Below, one piece after another: positions 40,005-49,564 of a stretch of 64,000 nucleotides of DNA. A model generated the notes under the pieces. The model was not told where the DNA came from. It made no database searches and worked only from the letters and a program-made list of their open reading frames with translations. The stretch's first letter is position 1; each line of letters opens with the position of its first letter. Origin of the DNA: a virus. Location: the IMG/VR virus record IMGVR_UViG_3300045988_137103, one strand, 5' to 3'. The position numbers and the translations under genes were made by a program.

Positions 40005-42911
40005 ATGCAACAATCAATTAGATACAAAGGCCTCAGCCTCACTCCTGATGAAATGGCAGTAGAAAACGGTGCGCTATCCCTCTGCGGCAATCTAGAGCTG
40101 CATGATGGCGCATTGCGCCCTTCTATTGTCACAGGAACACCCCTCTCTCAGCCACTCACCATTAATGGTGTAGTGGCTAAGATTCTTTATGTACACGAAA
40201 CAGGCAATTACCGCCACCTCATAGCCATAGCCTCATCAGCCATCTACTGGTTCCTTCAGGATGGCTCTCTTGGCTCAACCACCCCTATCAAGTCCTTCGA
40301 CTACGAAGCATCGGTTCTTTCCGTTAATTCCATCGGTAATACGCTTATCATTGTAGCTACAGATGGTATTCACTATGCTTTATGGGTGGATGGTGGCTAT
40401 AAATATCTGTCACAGAAGCCTCCATTCGTAGAAATCGCCTTTTCTATTTCCGATGATTACCCAGAGAACTACAGTAATGGTGGAATAGTAACAGAAGGTA
40501 GTGTTAAAGGTTTCCGGGAAGTCTTCCAACAAACCACATACTCCTGCAATGACGTTTTTGATAAGGTAAAAATTTCCACGAACATAACAGATCTTTTTAT
40601 CAGAGAATTTGAATGTCTTACAATTAAAGAAGACAAGCAGTCCGATCTTACACAGAGCATCTATGCACTTGTCAATCGAACAAACAATCTTATTGCTCGT
40701 AATGGACGTTTCTATGCAAATTTCTTTGTTAGATATTGCTATAGAATGTTTGATGGTTCCATGATTATGCACTCTTCACCTGTATTTATACCAGTGCAAA
40801 TTCCTGATAGCTATATGGTGCTGTCGGCTAACGCTTTATCAAGTTTTACTAATAATGTCGTCGATACCAGTGATGACTTTACCCTTCAGCGCATAGATGG
40901 AAATAATAACAAATTCAGTGTACATATCACAAAGGCAGCATTTATTTATTATCCACGAAATGTAGATTTAAACTATACTATACTGGACGCAAAACGTGAA
41001 GAACTTGAAGAATGGAAGGATGTCATCAAATCGGTAGATATATTCATTACGCCTCCTATTTCTAACGTTGACACATCTAAGCAAATTTCAAGTATCAGGT
41101 ATAATAGAAGAAATTTCATGCTAGGAAAAGGTTTACTATCACTCACTTTTGAAACATCTCTCACTTCTGATGAAGGTAAACAATATATTGGAGGCGCTTC
41201 TGTAGATTTCCCTTCACTTAGTCCAGATGCCTATCGTAACAAATTAAAGAACACCTCTGCTTTCTACAAGGTCTGTTCGTTGAAACTATCAGATTTAGCA
41301 ATTTGCTCAGCGAAGAAATTACCTGTTGACAAGAATGCAGTCTATCAGGTATCATTACAGGAACAGATGAAGGATGACTACAAAACTCATAACTCGCTCT
41401 TCGCACAAGGTGGCTATGTCTATAACCACCGCCTCAATCTGTACGGCATGAAAGAGAAACTGTTTCAAGGATTCAGCGGCTATGTTATGCTACCAGGTCA
41501 GTACAGCCTTAAATACGATGATAGTACGAATTACCAGGGATTAAGGTACAAAATTCAGAAAATTGTAGTTAGCCTCAACACCACTTCCGGAACGAAATAT
41601 GTTGAAAGTAGCGACAAATTCTTCTCTCGTCAGGATATTGATGGCTTCATGATCGGCAACCTTGTCAAGTTCTACCCGGATTCCAGAGCTGATAAAATGG
41701 CTATCTTCTGTAAGGATTATTCTGATAATGATGCCATCTTCGTCTTCCCTCTGGAACAATGCGAAGAACTGAATGGAGCCATGCACATGGGAGATTTCAC
41801 CGACATTTTTTTAACCGACAATTTCGAGCAATATAGGGTTGATTCGTTTGATTATACGGTTGATGATGTAGTGGAACTGTCCAATAAGATCTACACATCA
41901 GAGTCCGATAATGCCTTCTATTTCCCATTAAACGGAATCAATACCGTAGGTATCGGAACCATACAAGGTATAGCCTCTACCACGCGTGCGCTCTCTCAGG
42001 GACAGTTCGGTCAGTATCCATTAATGGCATTCTCTACCGATGGTATCTGGGCGATGGAAGTCTCTTCCAAAGGTACTTATAGCAGCATCCACCCGATTAG
42101 TCGTGAGGTTTGTAGCAATCCGAAGTCTATCACTCAGCTAGACCAGTCCGTGCTTTTCGCCACAAACCGCTCAATCAGTCGCATAGCAGAGTCACAAGTG
42201 GTTTCCATGTCCGATGTCTTAGATGGTCCCGGCTTCAATATTTCCGGCACTCTAGGCAAATTTCTCAACTTCTTCAATGACACAGATGAAGATAGTGATT
42301 CCGTCAAGACTATCAAGGCTCAGATGCGACAACTCATAGATTTCACCTCATCGCCAATAGAGTTCTTCCAGCATTGTCAGGTTATCTACGATTACAAAAA
42401 CTCTCGCATCTTCTGCCTGGATGTTACACAGACGAGTAAGACCTCTACGGCTGATACGGTGGCCCTCTGCTATTCTATCAAGGATAATGCCTGGAGCACT
42501 TTCCTCATACAAAACGTGCTTACTGCTATCAATTCTTATCCTCACCCCTACATACAATATAGGGATGGCAGCGTGATAGTGCTAGATAAGGGCTACGATT
42601 ACGAAGATCCAACAGAGTATCATGGTATCATAGTTACTCGCACCTTGAAGTTCGATGAAGACAATGTACCTGATTCCATTACAGGCTACATCCACTCCCT
42701 TACCTCAGGTACCGTACCTGTCATGTGGCTCTATGGTAGCAACGATAATCAAAATTGGCATTACATCGGTCGCTTGGGCGGTATGAAGTCCAGCTACATG
42801 GCTACTCACAGCTATCGTTTCTTCCGCATCGCCCTATACCTTAAGATGAAATCCATGAATCAATACTTTGCCACTCGCCTCGAAATCATCAGGCGTTTCA
42901 GCAAGTTCTAA
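40005..42911 (+). CDS. Large late protein (968 aa), beta-propeller-like repeats; possible virion or tail component
   Basis: Long ORF behind a late promoter with recurrent beta-strand blades (GNTLIIVATDGIHYALW, AFSTDGIWAMEVS, VLFATNRSISRI). Followed by three hairpins. Confidence 0.8.
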   Translation: MQQSIRYKGLSLTPDEMAVENGALSLCGNLELHDGALRPSIVTGTPLSQPLTINGVVAKILYVHETGNYRHLIAIASSAIYWFLQDGSLGSTTPIKSFDYEASVLSVNSIGNTLIIVATDGIHYALWVDGGYKYLSQKPPFVEIAFSISDDYPENYSNGGIVTEGSVKGFREVFQQTTYSCNDVFDKVKISTNITDLFIREFECLTIKEDKQSDLTQSIYALVNRTNNLIARNGRFYANFFVRYCYRMFDGSMIMHSSPVFIPVQIPDSYMVLSANALSSFTNNVVDTSDDFTLQRIDGNNNKFSVHITKAAFIYYPRNVDLNYTILDAKREELEEWKDVIKSVDIFITPPISNVDTSKQISSIRYNRRNFMLGKGLLSLTFETSLTSDEGKQYIGGASVDFPSLSPDAYRNKLKNTSAFYKVCSLKLSDLAICSAKKLPVDKNAVYQVSLQEQMKDDYKTHNSLFAQGGYVYNHRLNLYGMKEKLFQGFSGYVMLPGQYSLKYDDSTNYQGLRYKIQKIVVSLNTTSGTKYVESSDKFFSRQDIDGFMIGNLVKFYPDSRADKMAIFCKDYSDNDAIFVFPLEQCEELNGAMHMGDFTDIFLTDNFEQYRVDSFDYTVDDVVELSNKIYTSESDNAFYFPLNGINTVGIGTIQGIASTTRALSQGQFGQYPLMAFSTDGIWAMEVSSKGTYSSIHPISREVCSNPKSITQLDQSVLFATNRSISRIAESQVVSMSDVLDGPGFNISGTLGKFLNFFNDTDEDSDSVKTIKAQMRQLIDFTSSPIEFFQHCQVIYDYKNSRIFCLDVTQTSKTSTADTVALCYSIKDNAWSTFLIQNVLTAINSYPHPYIQYRDGSVIVLDKGYDYEDPTEYHGIIVTRTLKFDEDNVPDSITGYIHSLTSGTVPVMWLYGSNDNQNWHYIGRLGGMKSSYMATHSYRFFRIALYLKMKSMNQYFATRLEIIRRFSKF

Positions 42912-42919
42912 AAAGAAAA

Positions 42920-42955
42920 GCCACCGTTCCATGGCTTTTTAAGCCATGTCCCCCC
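42920..42955 (+). repeat. Conserved-flank hairpin, copy 3 (GCCACCGTTCC-ATGGCTT-TTTA-AAGCCAT-GTCCCCCC)
   Basis: Flanks are conserved. The whole 7-bp stem is replaced by a different but fully complementary sequence. Confidence 0.6.
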
Positions 42956-42961
42956 AAAACA

Positions 42962-43004
42962 AGAGCCTTCGCAAATCAGGAGTAATCCCGAAAGCGAAGG
43001 CTCT
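42962..43004. terminator. 11-bp-stem hairpin between convergent operons
   Basis: AGAGCCTTCGC-(21-nt loop)-GCGAAGGCTCT followed by TTCC. Confidence 0.5.
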
Positions 43005-43056
43005 TTCCATAAACACACCTAAAACGAAAGAAGAAAAAAAAGTTTCATTAAGTAAA

Positions 43057-43090
43057 GCCACCGTTCCAGGCGATTCCATCGCCTGTCCCC
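43057..43090 (+). repeat. Conserved-flank hairpin, copy 4 (GCCACCGTTCC-AGGCGAT-TCC-ATCGCCT-GTCCCC)
   Basis: Same stem as copy 1. Lies 10 nt from the stop of the convergent minus-strand gene at 43100. Confidence 0.6.
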
Positions 43091-43099
43091 AGCAGCCTC

Positions 43100-43741
43100 C
43101 TACGTAAAGCTAGGTCTTCTCAAAGTATAGTTATCCCGGCTCAACAGGTTGCTCTTCATATTATTGAAGTCTGCTGTAGCACTATTCCCATACTGTCCAG
43201 CCTTATCTGCATACTGATCCTGCAAAAATTGGCTCATCGTATAGTCAACCATATACCGGTGCATATTGCTCTTAAGCGCATCCGTCACAGCCACATTCCA
43301 GTTCGGAATCTCCAGTTTCAGGGTAACAGTCTCATAGATACTTTCCTCCCGATCATTACCAGCCTTATTTACGGTAGAAGTCACTTCCTCATCTTCCTGT
43401 CCGATGATGCTTGTGGTCACTACCTCCGTCCAAGTTCCGTTCTTGTTATCGGTGTACACATACTTCTTCGTACCCTTCACCAGTCGCTCCAGATTGTTGT
43501 TATCCTCCACTCTACCTGAGGTCAGATAACGCTGAGCTGCAACCTTGATATTACCGATAGCTTCTGTTACTGCACGGTTGATAATACTGCGAGTCTCTTT
43601 ACTGTCAGGACTTTCGATAGTGGCTCTGATGTCCTTCTGGGCATCATTCACCAGTCCTTGGCTCAATACATAGCATCTGGCAAGTATGTCATTACATACC
43701 TGCTCCATGCTAAAGTTCAGTGTAACTAATTTACTATCCAT
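43100..43741 (-). CDS. Hypothetical late protein (213 aa)
   Basis: Last ORF of the minus-strand operon that starts with the holin. Confidence 0.65.
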   Translation of the reverse strand: MDSKLVTLNFSMEQVCNDILARCYVLSQGLVNDAQKDIRATIESPDSKETRSIINRAVTEAIGNIKVAAQRYLTSGRVEDNNNLERLVKGTKKYVYTDNKNGTWTEVVTTSIIGQEDEEVTSTVNKAGNDREESIYETVTLKLEIPNWNVAVTDALKSNMHRYMVDYTMSQFLQDQYADKAGQYGNSATADFNNMKSNLLSRDNYTLRRPSFT

Positions 43742-43770
43742 ATTTCGAAATATTTAGATGATTAATAAAT

Positions 43771-44625
43771 CTACCTCAGTTCATAAGGCGGCCTGCCTCC
43801 GCTCCAGTCAACACGATCCTGATGAAAATGCTGCGAAACGAAGTCCTGATTGCGCTCAGATCCTTTCGGCCCACTCTGGGCATCTTTGTCTACTTCGTCC
43901 ACATTTCGAGCCTCAGCATCCTGTTCATTCTGACTTTTAGCCTCAGTATCTATACTGCGACTTTGAACAGCAAGTTCGCCATTCTCTTTTTCATCAGTAT
44001 CTACAGAACGCCCGGCTGTAGCCTGCGCATTCTTCTGCTTACCTATCTCATCCCCACTTCTTGCCAAAGCTGTAGGAGTAGAACCAGCCTTTTCATCACC
44101 ATCCGCTGCTCTAGAAGAAGTGTTCCCAGACGAAGAGCCTTCTTTCGTTGTATCATCTGCTTTTCTTTCAGCCTCAGCAAAGTTAAAGTCTTTCTTCAAT
44201 AAGATTTCCTTAATGGCATCAAGGTCACTCGCTCCCATACCGGCATAGTCTGTATGAGCCATTTCAGGGAAATCACTCAGCCATCCAGCAATAATGGCAT
44301 GCACCAGGTAGTTCTGAATCTGATTGCTCAATACTCCACTTAACCTTGGTGGCCAAGCCGCAAGTGTCACTATAGTGATTGAGAAATCATCAGCCAGAGC
44401 CTGCAAATCAAACTTCTGTGTGGTAGAAGAAGAAAACCTCGCAAGAAAGTTCTCTAGGTCGGTTATTGCCTCCCTATAATATATATCCAGTCTAGCCTCC
44501 TCTGCATCACTTGCCCATACACTTTGGAAGTCCACCTCTGGGTTATGCTGTGCAATGGTGGCAGAAAGTCCTTCTACCACGCCCATCACGCTCTTCTTGA
44601 TGATTTTAATTGTTATTGTCTTCAT
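43771..44625 (-). CDS. Hypothetical late protein (about 284 aa) with an acidic repeat tail
   Basis: Start taken at MKTITIKII (44625), which avoids overlap with the spanin. C-terminal R(S/N)(V/I)D(T/E)..K repeats. Confidence 0.65.
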   Translation of the reverse strand: MKTITIKIIKKSVMGVVEGLSATIAQHNPEVDFQSVWASDAEEARLDIYYREAITDLENFLARFSSSTTQKFDLQALADDFSITIVTLAAWPPRLSGVLSNQIQNYLVHAIIAGWLSDFPEMAHTDYAGMGASDLDAIKEILLKKDFNFAEAERKADDTTKEGSSSGNTSSRAADGDEKAGSTPTALARSGDEIGKQKNAQATAGRSVDTDEKENGELAVQSRSIDTEAKSQNEQDAEARNVDEVDKDAQSGPKGSERNQDFVSQHFHQDRVDWSGGRPPYELR

Positions 44626-44629
44626 ACGC

Positions 44630-45199
44630 TCATTTTTTTCTATGCCACAACCAAACAAGAATACCTATTATGGCTATGATGATACCTGCTAACGCGCCAA
44701 GACTTACCTTCCCTATAGTCACAAGTCGCTGCTCATTCTTGGTCAGTTCTCGCCTCATGATATTGATAGAGTCTTGCTTTAACCGAATCAGCGAATCTTT
44801 TTGAACCACAAGATGTTGATATTTATCTACCTTCTTAGATATAATATTGATGGAATCCTTTAGCCTCAGCACCTCTTTTGTGTCCCTGTTGGTTACTACA
44901 GAGTGCCATGACTCTGTCTTGATAGGCTTACCATTCTGGTCAACAGTCGTAGATGTACTGTCTTTTGTATGTGTAGTTTCCCTGACTGATGTTTCATGCT
45001 CCTGAGTTCGGCTATTCGCCATCTGCTCAAAAGCAGAGATAAACCGCTCCTGCCAGGAGGCATCCAACCCCTTGCTAACGGTGTTGTCTGTGATATAGTG
45101 TTCCTGTGTCACTGTCTTCGTCTTACAACTCGTCAGAAACAACATCGAGAAATAAGCTATCCATACAAACAGATAGATAATTAAATGTTTCGATTTCAT
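44630..45199 (-). CDS. Unimolecular spanin candidate
   Basis: N-terminal lipoprotein signal with lipobox LTSC. C-terminal TM helix LGALAGIIIAIIGILVWLW plus a basic tail. Immediately downstream of the endolysin. Confidence 0.6.
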   Translation of the reverse strand: MKSKHLIIYLFVWIAYFSMLFLTSCKTKTVTQEHYITDNTVSKGLDASWQERFISAFEQMANSRTQEHETSVRETTHTKDSTSTTVDQNGKPIKTESWHSVVTNRDTKEVLRLKDSINIISKKVDKYQHLVVQKDSLIRLKQDSINIMRRELTKNEQRLVTIGKVSLGALAGIIIAIIGILVWLWHRKK

Positions 45200-45202
45200 A
45201 AG

Positions 45203-45739
45203 CTATGAGATATTGAGTGCTCGCTTTGACCTTTTCAAATACTCCTCGCATTCGTCCAGACCATTGTAGCCACCGTTAATTTTCCGTCTTATTGCTTTCA
45301 GATTATCCTCGTCAGCCAATTTATTGCATCCGAAAGTATCGAATATCCACATCGATGAACGTGTGGCACCAAGAGGCTGTTCCAATAGTTCTGGCTTCTC
45401 CACTACATCATAGCCGCAATATCTGGCATACTTGCTGTAGTTGGCTCGTCCTGTTATCTGTATCAGTCCACGCCCCTTATACCTCACACCATCGCCCTTA
45501 TGGGTATTGCCCAAGTCCTTGCGACCCTCATAAGCCTTTCCGCTGGCTATCTCCTTGGTATATCTCAGTTCACCGCTCTCATGGGCAATCTGAGCCAAGT
45601 AGTGCGCCCATCTTAAAGGCGTGTTAATTTCGAATTCCTCGGCAAATCGGTTCAGGTATGGCAGAAACTTCTCCGCCCTCTTCCCTGCGTTAGGCATTGC
45701 CATCAGTAGCTGTTCCAATCTGATTTCCTTCATTTCCAT
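45203..45739 (-). CDS. Endolysin, glycoside hydrolase family 19-like
   Basis: YLAQIAHESGELRYTKE...LGNTHKGDGVRYKGRGLIQITGRANY matches the GH19 (chitinase-like) phage lysin signature. Confidence 0.85.
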   Translation of the reverse strand: MEMKEIRLEQLLMAMPNAGKRAEKFLPYLNRFAEEFEINTPLRWAHYLAQIAHESGELRYTKEIASGKAYEGRKDLGNTHKGDGVRYKGRGLIQITGRANYSKYARYCGYDVVEKPELLEQPLGATRSSMWIFDTFGCNKLADEDNLKAIRRKINGGYNGLDECEEYLKRSKRALNIS

Positions 45740-46208
45740 TTCCTGTATTGTTTTTATATTCTTGATACTTCTTAAACATCGGGAATTTCTCTACGAATCC
45801 TAGTGTCAGTGCATAATAGGCATAGTCAACCAATTTATAGAAAGGTGTTTCTGGAACCAGCATACGCCTCAGATTCTTAAGAATATTGGTTCCAAACAGA
45901 TAAGTAGCTGCTATACATACCCATTTCACGCAAAACAAAGCCTCTGTGTCTGAGTGAAGGAAATGTCCGATGATGAACAGGGCTGCCACCGTCACAAAGA
46001 ACACCGCACAACAGACAAAGAACATCCCGAATTTCTTCCAGCTCCATTCTTCGCTATTAAACACTGCTGCCACGATGCCAAACACCAGGTTTAGCCCAAA
46101 TAATACCATCATGGCAATCATAAAATCCCTGATGGGAACCAGCAGACTCAGAAAAGTCCATAAAGTCCCAATTAAGTAACCTCGAATATCATTCATTTTC
46201 TTTTTCAT
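45690..46208 (-). CDS. Holin candidate (172 aa, 3-4 TM helices)
   Basis: Multi-TM small protein directly upstream of, and overlapping, the endolysin gene. First gene after a late promoter. Confidence 0.6.
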   Translation of the reverse strand: MKKKMNDIRGYLIGTLWTFLSLLVPIRDFMIAMMVLFGLNLVFGIVAAVFNSEEWSWKKFGMFFVCCAVFFVTVAALFIIGHFLHSDTEALFCVKWVCIAATYLFGTNILKNLRRMLVPETPFYKLVDYAYYALTLGFVEKFPMFKKYQEYKNNTGNGNEGNQIGTATDGNA

Positions 46209-46240
46209 TTATCCGTCCCCACTACGTTATGGAAACGATG

Positions 46241-46285
46241 CAAATTTAAGTCATCATTTCCGATTCTCTGTGATAAATTGCGCAA
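46241..46285 (-). promoter_or_regulatory. Late promoter of the lysis operon
   Basis: On the minus strand, TTGCGCAA-TTTATCA (octamer 46278-46285), with TAAATTTG (46241-46248) exactly 29 nt after the octamer. Confidence 0.6.
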
Positions 46286-46418
46286 CTTCAAACGAAAAAA
46301 GAGAACGCAAGCCCATTTTTCGCCTGCATTCTCTTCTTCTGATAGTTTTCTTTTATATATCTCTAGTCATTATGGAATTTCCCACAAACTCTACATTCAA
46401 CACTCAACATTCAACATT

Positions 46419-46910
46419 TCAATGGTTGAAGTACCCCCAAGCCTTACAATGCCCATAAGGGTTATCATCATCCCTTAGCCAGTTCACGGCAAGGTCCACC
46501 ATTCTGTCCATCATCTGCTCCTCGCTGTCCTCCGGGAACCATTTCTTCATCAGATTATAGTTGTCAGAGTAGATCATGTTCAGCACCACGGCAAAATCCC
46601 ATTGGTTGTAAGGTCTGATCTCGTCCTTCACCGTCTCATAGATCTCCTGAGTCTTAGCTGCGGTATAGTAAGGAGCACGATGTTCTACCTCCTTGTCATC
46701 CTCAAACACCATCTTCTTGATCTGAGCCTCAGCAAAGAAGTCGTTAAAGTGGCCGTTACCCACAACCCCATAAATCTCCTTATAGAGTTTCAGAAGGTCA
46801 TTTTCCTCTGCGTGCATGGCCACAAACTTGCCGATGATCTTGGTTACCTTCACCATCTGCTCCGGTGTGGCGTCACTCTGATATTTTGTGATAAGTTCTA
46901 CTAAGTTCAT
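46419..46910 (-). CDS. Hypothetical protein (163 aa)
   Basis: Start set at MNLVELI (46910), abutting the upstream stop. The 59-aa N-terminal extension in the ORF track overlaps the previous gene. Confidence 0.65.
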   Translation of the reverse strand: MNLVELITKYQSDATPEQMVKVTKIIGKFVAMHAEENDLLKLYKEIYGVVGNGHFNDFFAEAQIKKMVFEDDKEVEHRAPYYTAAKTQEIYETVKDEIRPYNQWDFAVVLNMIYSDNYNLMKKWFPEDSEEQMMDRMVDLAVNWLRDDDNPYGHCKAWGYFNH

Positions 46911-46911
46911 A

Positions 46912-47403
46912 TCATTCTTGTTTTTGTGATTTGACAAATTTGAAAATCTCGTCCAGCTTGTTCTCCATCTGGTCGAGTCTTTCGTTGGTTTTCTGCTGGT
47001 CACGAAACGTTGTGTCCAGTTCTGAGAGAAGATGATCACAGTCCTTAACGGTCTGCTCGAAGTCCGGCATCTTATTGATGATGTCATTGGCTTGATTCTT
47101 CAAGGCGTTCACCTCGTTGATGATACTCTCCTTGCTACAGGAGATTACAAGGGTGTCGCTGTATGCTGTTTGCTCAGTATCTACAACCGAGTAGATAGAC
47201 TGCTTGCCATCCTCAGTTTGCACGTTTACTTTCACGTTCCTTGCCCCATAATTCGGCATTCCAGGCATAGCAGCCATAACGTTCTGCTTGCCATTCTCAA
47301 AGTCAGGGCATGGATTGGTCGTCACCTTACCTTGTTTAAATTTTCTGCTGGCTCTATCAAATAGATAGATTGGAAATCCAGCCTTCAAGTCTCTGAATAT
47401 CAT
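46912..47403 (-). CDS. Hypothetical protein (163 aa) with a C-terminal coiled coil
   Basis: ATG ORF in the co-oriented late block. Confidence 0.65.
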   Translation of the reverse strand: MIFRDLKAGFPIYLFDRASRKFKQGKVTTNPCPDFENGKQNVMAAMPGMPNYGARNVKVNVQTEDGKQSIYSVVDTEQTAYSDTLVISCSKESIINEVNALKNQANDIINKMPDFEQTVKDCDHLLSELDTTFRDQQKTNERLDQMENKLDEIFKFVKSQKQE

Positions 47404-47480
47404 AATCGTATCTTTTTAAATGGATAATGCGAGGGAAACAATGGCTAACAAACCATCCATCATTTCCCCCTATAATGATA

Positions 47481-47924
47481 CTAAGCAGTAGTCAATGCTA
47501 CGGTTAGACTGTCAAATATGCTCAGGCCTCTAGCCTTTCCGCATACCACATCGTTAGCCTTTTGCGTTCTGCCTACACTGGTGATGGTCACAGCCGTTGG
47601 CAGAGCTGTCTGCCCTTGGAAGGCTGCTACCCATTTTTCCGTGTAAATCAACGGCTGTGCTCTCATCATGTTTTTGTTGCCTGTTACAGGCGAAATGATG
47701 GAGATAGTTGCCACGATAGGCACAAACACCGTTGTACCATTCAGGATAGGCTGCTCATAACTGTAGGTTATGCTTGCCTGTGGCTGCACACTGCCATTCA
47801 CGCAATAAGGTCTGCAAAGCTTCTCATTGTAAGTAGCTAAGACTGAAACTTGGTTGGCTACCAATGCTGTAGTAGCCAAACCCACTGGAGAAATCTTGTT
47901 CATACCACTACGCTTCTGTTTCAT
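47481..47924 (-). CDS. Hypothetical beta-rich protein (147 aa)
   Basis: ATG ORF in the late block. Confidence 0.6.
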   Translation of the reverse strand: MKQKRSGMNKISPVGLATTALVANQVSVLATYNEKLCRPYCVNGSVQPQASITYSYEQPILNGTTVFVPIVATISIISPVTGNKNMMRAQPLIYTEKWVAAFQGQTALPTAVTITSVGRTQKANDVVCGKARGLSIFDSLTVALTTA

Positions 47925-47935
47925 TCTTTACTTTT

Positions 47936-48802
47936 TTACTGATAGCCACCTGCTACACCTGCGCCACATCCGCAACCGCCATTCATCAGATTGGCAAGGT
48001 AGATGTTCTGCTGCAACTGCGAGTTCTTAAACTTCAAGTCCTGAATCTCGTTAGCTTGCTCCTGGCTCCAATGACCTGTCAAGGTATCGATGATACGCTG
48101 GGTGTTGTTCTCACCTGCACGGATGATGTCACACTTGTCTTGCTGCATCTGGAAACCGAGGTTCGAAGCTGCTCTTTCTATACCAGTGTTGGTATAGCTA
48201 AAGCCCTGCTGCATCTGGTTAACGATGTCCTTCTGACCAAGCTGGTTGTCGTACCCCATCTTGATGATGTTCTGCTGCGTCTGGCAGCAGCAATCCTTCA
48301 ATGCTATGGTCATCTGCAAGTTACCCTGCGAGATAGCGTTAATTACTCGCTCTGCCGAGAATCCTACCTGACCGCCAAGCTGCTGGATGCCTGCCTGGAT
48401 GCCACAGATAGAGTTCTGCAAGGCGTTGAAGTCACAGTTCAGATTGCTTGCTAACATCTTAAGGTCGTTGCCATTACCCTGGATGGCACCCATCAGCAAG
48501 TTGCTGTTTTGGTTGTCTGCCATCTGGTTGCGCAAACTTTCAATTTGGCTCTGAATCTCCGCACGCTGTACGTCTGCACCGTTGTCACGATTGTTCCAGT
48601 CTGCACCATACATATAGCGCATCATGCCCATCATCATCATGTAGGCAAATGGATTGTTCCACATGTCGGCATCGTCACGGTCTCGCATCATAGCTGCCAT
48701 TGCCAAAGGATTGTTGTTGTCACGATTTGCCATCGCTCCAAGCAAACCACCCATCATTGCATCGTTGCAACAAGAGGTAGTCTTAATTACTTCTTCTGCC
48801 AT
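47936..48802 (-). CDS. Met/Asn/Gln/Cys-rich protein (288 aa)
   Basis: Unusual composition: AMMGGLLGAM, MMMMGMMRYMYG, CCCQTQQ and C-terminal GGCGCGAGVAGGYQ. A -7-like box TAACTTTG lies on the minus strand at 48865-48872. Confidence 0.65.
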   Translation of the reverse strand: MAEEVIKTTSCCNDAMMGGLLGAMANRDNNNPLAMAAMMRDRDDADMWNNPFAYMMMMGMMRYMYGADWNNRDNGADVQRAEIQSQIESLRNQMADNQNSNLLMGAIQGNGNDLKMLASNLNCDFNALQNSICGIQAGIQQLGGQVGFSAERVINAISQGNLQMTIALKDCCCQTQQNIIKMGYDNQLGQKDIVNQMQQGFSYTNTGIERAASNLGFQMQQDKCDIIRAGENNTQRIIDTLTGHWSQEQANEIQDLKFKNSQLQQNIYLANLMNGGCGCGAGVAGGYQ

Positions 48803-48958
48803 AATTCCTAAAGTAATAAAAGTTTTACATTTTGTTTATTAACACATGTAACCGATTACGGCAGCAAAGTTATCCCAAAATATCTACATGTTTCATAACT
48901 CTGTCAAACATTCTTTTAGTGGCTGAGTTCCAATGATTTAAGGTGACATAGACCCATA

Positions 48959-48989
48959 TCAAAAAAAGAGAAGCCTCATCAGCTTCTCT
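48959..48989 (-). terminator. Intrinsic terminator after the 49001-49183 gene
   Basis: On the minus strand, AGAGAAGC-(7-nt loop)-GCTTCTCT followed by a T7 run. Confidence 0.7.
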
Positions 48990-49000
48990 TCATTATTCTG

Positions 49001-49183
49001 TTATTTACCCATAAAATAAGTGATGATGGTTCCAGCAATCACTATCACATTGATAAATGTTAGCCACGCAAACAACCACTTCTTGCGTTTATAATCTCCT
49101 GTCCACCAAACAAAGATATTAAACGAAACGCTCAACATTATAATGATAGCACACTCTACAAATAAAAATGTTACCATATTCAT
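49001..49183 (-). CDS. Small membrane protein (60 aa, 2 TM)
   Basis: Two hydrophobic helices separated by a KRKK loop. Confidence 0.55.
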   Translation of the reverse strand: MNMVTFLFVECAIIIMLSVSFNIFVWWTGDYKRKKWLFAWLTFINVIVIAGTIITYFMGK

Positions 49184-49209
49184 ATCGCTTATCCGTGTTG
49201 CGATAGGGC

Positions 49210-49560
49210 TTAGTTCTTGTTTCTTTTCAGTCTTTTCTTGATAAACTCCTTAACGTCCCACTTCTTGAAGAAATGAGAATGATCCCCAGCGTTCCCCACG
49301 CTCTCCAGCTCCCCATCAGCGATAGCCCTTCTTAGGGTAGATTCGCTGATATGCGCCTCCTTCTTCACCTGTCCAGCAGTCATCATTGGGTTGAGAGCAT
49401 ACGGCAGATAGTTCTCACAAAGGTCTTCTATCTCATCGCTACTCATTCCGCAAGCAGTTACCTTCTCCCCTCTCTTCTCTTGCTCGTCTGCTCGAAAGCA
49501 AGAGTCAGACAACGATTTTAATAACACTCCCGCGGTGTGATAACCAAATAACTTTCCCAT
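49210..49560 (-). CDS. HTH DNA-binding protein (MerR/excisionase-like)
   Basis: MTAGQVKKEAHISESTLRRAIADGELESV...FFKKWDVKEFI fits the helix-turn-helix_17 / Xis-type pattern. Confidence 0.55.
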   Translation of the reverse strand: MGKLFGYHTAGVLLKSLSDSCFRADEQEKRGEKVTACGMSSDEIEDLCENYLPYALNPMMTAGQVKKEAHISESTLRRAIADGELESVGNAGDHSHFFKKWDVKEFIKKRLKRNKN

Positions 49561-49564
49561 ATCA

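Noticed and set aside
48527-48534. A fourth exact TTGCGCAA octamer.
   Set aside because: It lies inside the coding region 47936-48802, has no TTATCA flank, and has no TAnnTTTG box 29 nt away on either strand. Probably a chance occurrence.
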